55,955 nt of DNA from Macrostomum lignano (taxonomy: Eukaryota): the NCBI GenBank assembly GCA_002269645.1, contig NIVC01003479.1:1-55955 (forward strand), read 5' to 3'. A model generated the notes under the pieces. That model was not told where the DNA came from. It worked only from the letters and a program-made list of their open reading frames with translations, and made no database searches. Position numbers and translations under genes: made by a program. Positions 54,101 to 55,955 of this stretch are shown in pieces (position 1 is the stretch's first letter; every line of letters begins with the position of its first letter).

Positions 54101-55824
54101 TGCGTTGGTGGTTGTTATGGCTTGGTTGCTATGCGTTGGTGGTTGCTATGGCTTGGTTGCTATGGCTTGGTTGCTATGCGTTGGTGGTTGTTATGGCTTG
54201 GTTGCTATGCGTTGGTGGTTGCTATGGCTTGGTTGCTATGCGTTGGTGGTTGCTACGACTTGTTTTTTATGCGTTGGTGGTTGTTATGGCTAGGTTGCTA
54301 TGCGTTGGTGGTAGCTACGACTTGGTTGCTATGCGTTGGTGGTTGTTATGGCTAGGTTGCTATGCGTTGGTGGTTGCTACGACTTGGTTGCTATGCGTTG
54401 GTGGTTGTTATGGCTTGGTTGCTATGCGTTGGTGGTTGCTATGGCTTGGTTGCTATGCGTTGGTGGTTGCTACGACTTGTTTTTTATGCGTTGGTGGTTG
54501 TTATGGCTAGGTTGCTATGCGTTGGTGGTAGCTACGACTTGGTTGCTATGCGTTGGTGGTTGTTATGGCTAGGTTGCTATGCGTTGGTGGTTGCTATGGC
54601 TTGGTTGCTATGCTTTGGAGGTTGCTATGGCTTGGTTGCTATGTGCTGGTGGTTGCTATGGCTTGGTTGCTATGCGTTGGTGGTTGCTACGACTTGGTTG
54701 CTATGCGTTGGTGGTTGTTATGGCTAGGTTGCTATGCGTTGGTGGTTGTTATGGCTAGGTTGCTATGCGTTGGTGGTTGCTACGACTTGGTTGCTATGCG
54801 TTGGTGGTTGTTATGGCTTGGTTGCTATGCGTTGGTGGTTGCTACGACTTGGTTGTTATGCGTTGGTGGTTGTTATGGCTAGGTTGCTATGCGTTGGTGG
54901 TTGCTATGGCTTGGTTGCTATGCTTTGGAGGTTGCTATGGCTTGGTTGCTATGTGCTGGTGGTTGCTATGGCTTGGTTGCCATGCTTTGGTGGTATGGCT
55001 TGGTTGCTATGTGCTGGTGGTTGCTATGACTTGGTTGCCATGCTTTGGTGGTATGGCTTGGTTGATCCACTTTGGTGGTTGTTATGGCTTGGTTGCTATG
55101 TGTTGGTGGTTACTATGGCTTGGTTGCTATGCTTTGGTGGTTGCTATGGCTTTGTTGCTGTGTGTTGGTGGTTGTTTTAGGTTGGTGGTTGCTATGGGTT
55201 GGTTTCTTTGCTGCTATGGGTTGATTGCTTGGTTGCTATGGGTTGTTTGCTTAGTTGCTATGGCTTGGTTGCTAAGGATTGGTGGTTGCCAAGGTTTGAT
55301 TGCTATTTGTTGGTTTTTGGTATGGTGCTGTTATGGTGTAGTAGTAGTTGCTATGGCAGATTAGGTAGATTGCACTGGGTAAATTTTGCATGATGACTAA
55401 AGTAGCCAAAGCTTCAACACGGTGTTTCAATTCAGTAAACTGCAAATGCTAGGCAGTCACCTTGATCAATGCCTTCGGTTGAACCTCAGTCCAGACTGCA
55501 GAGCATCAACCAGTCTAGCTGGAGCCTCGCTAGCCATCAGTCTCAGATAGGTCTCAGTCAGGCTGTCCTCATCGTCGCGCGTAAAGCAAAAGCCGAGGAG
55601 GCCAGGCTGATGGGCACGGTGGCCGAGGCGGTTGCGGCGGCGGCAGCGGCGGCCACGGCCGCAGTTTCTCTGTCCTCCTGTCTGAGCATGGAGAAATACG
55701 CGCCTAGCAGGCTGTAGCATAGAGAAGGCTGGTCCGCCAGACGTCGGGCGGCATTCGACAGGCGCTCGCCAAGGTGCTGCGTCACGAGCAGGACGGTCTT
55801 GGAAGCGTCTGTTGCCACTAGTCG
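51175..55824 (-). CDS. VPS8: Vacuolar protein sorting 8 homolog, 3' part (5' end outside window): exons ~55461..55824, 53299..53849, 52289..52494, 51175..51560
   Basis: LWFQLLD, VLRRLLSDPAY...LLDSCRYESTLLATCAGL and a RING (CANC...CGHACHSRC...QCPSC) match the VPS8 C-terminus. The three distal junctions are phase-consistent. The most 5' exon has two apparent frame changes. Confidence 0.85.
51710..52245. repeat. Intronic minisatellite, ~34-bp unit GGATCTTCTAAGATGGCACAATGATCCTAATCCG
   Basis: Tandem array in the last VPS8 intron. Confidence 0.93.
52740..53285. repeat. C-rich intronic minisatellites (CTCTACCCTCCCTTCCC; ACCCTCCAATTCCCCTC)
   Basis: Two adjacent C-rich arrays in a VPS8 intron. Confidence 0.88.
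53895..55260. repeat. Compound minisatellite of GGTTGCTATGCGTTGGT / GGTTGCTACGACTT / GGTTGCTATGGCTT units
   Basis: Fills a VPS8 intron; explains all ORFs 53895-55393. Confidence 0.94.
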
Positions 55825-55864
55825 CTAATTTGGTTAGGAAACGGACAACAAATGGAAAATGTAA

Positions 55865-55955
55865 ACTGTGTCCGAGACTACTCGAGACTGTCCGAGACTA
55901 CTCGAGACTGTCCGATACTACTCGAGACTATCCGATACTGCTCTCAAGACTGTCC
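55865..55955. repeat. Minisatellite, 20-bp unit ACTGTCCGAGACTACTCGAG, running off the window end
   Basis: Tandem copies to the last base. Confidence 0.88.

Overview
Eukaryotic (animal) genomic DNA. GC-rich, Ala/Gln-rich exons, AT-rich spacers and a minisatellite in almost every intron suggest a free-living flatworm such as Macrostomum; the species is an inference. Most long ORFs in the six-frame track are tandem-repeat artefacts. Splicing by eye gives eight genes. On + are an ankyrin-repeat gene (1536-3471) and a small two-TM ORF (30767-31258). On - are HMGXB4, a second ankyrin-repeat gene, a 9-exon pyruvate-kinase-like gene with many active-site substitutions, an MRCK/CDC42BP kinase with a 4.3-kb terminal exon, an Mpv17/PMP22-family gene lacking a genomic ATG, and the 3' part of VPS8. 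Between MRCK and Mpv17 lies a transposon nest. It holds an internally deleted mariner whose differences from a typical mariner are largely C>T/G>A, in CpG and non-CpG contexts (RIP-like), inside a ~2.7-kb CpG-free block. It also holds younger hAT and PIF/Harbinger MITEs with perfect TIRs and TSDs. Top leads: RIP-like hypermutation in an animal, a probable pseudo-pyruvate kinase, a start codon probably supplied by the spliced leader, and complementary minisatellites bracketing PK exons 2-5. All alignments were done by eye and from memory of the families; no searches were run.
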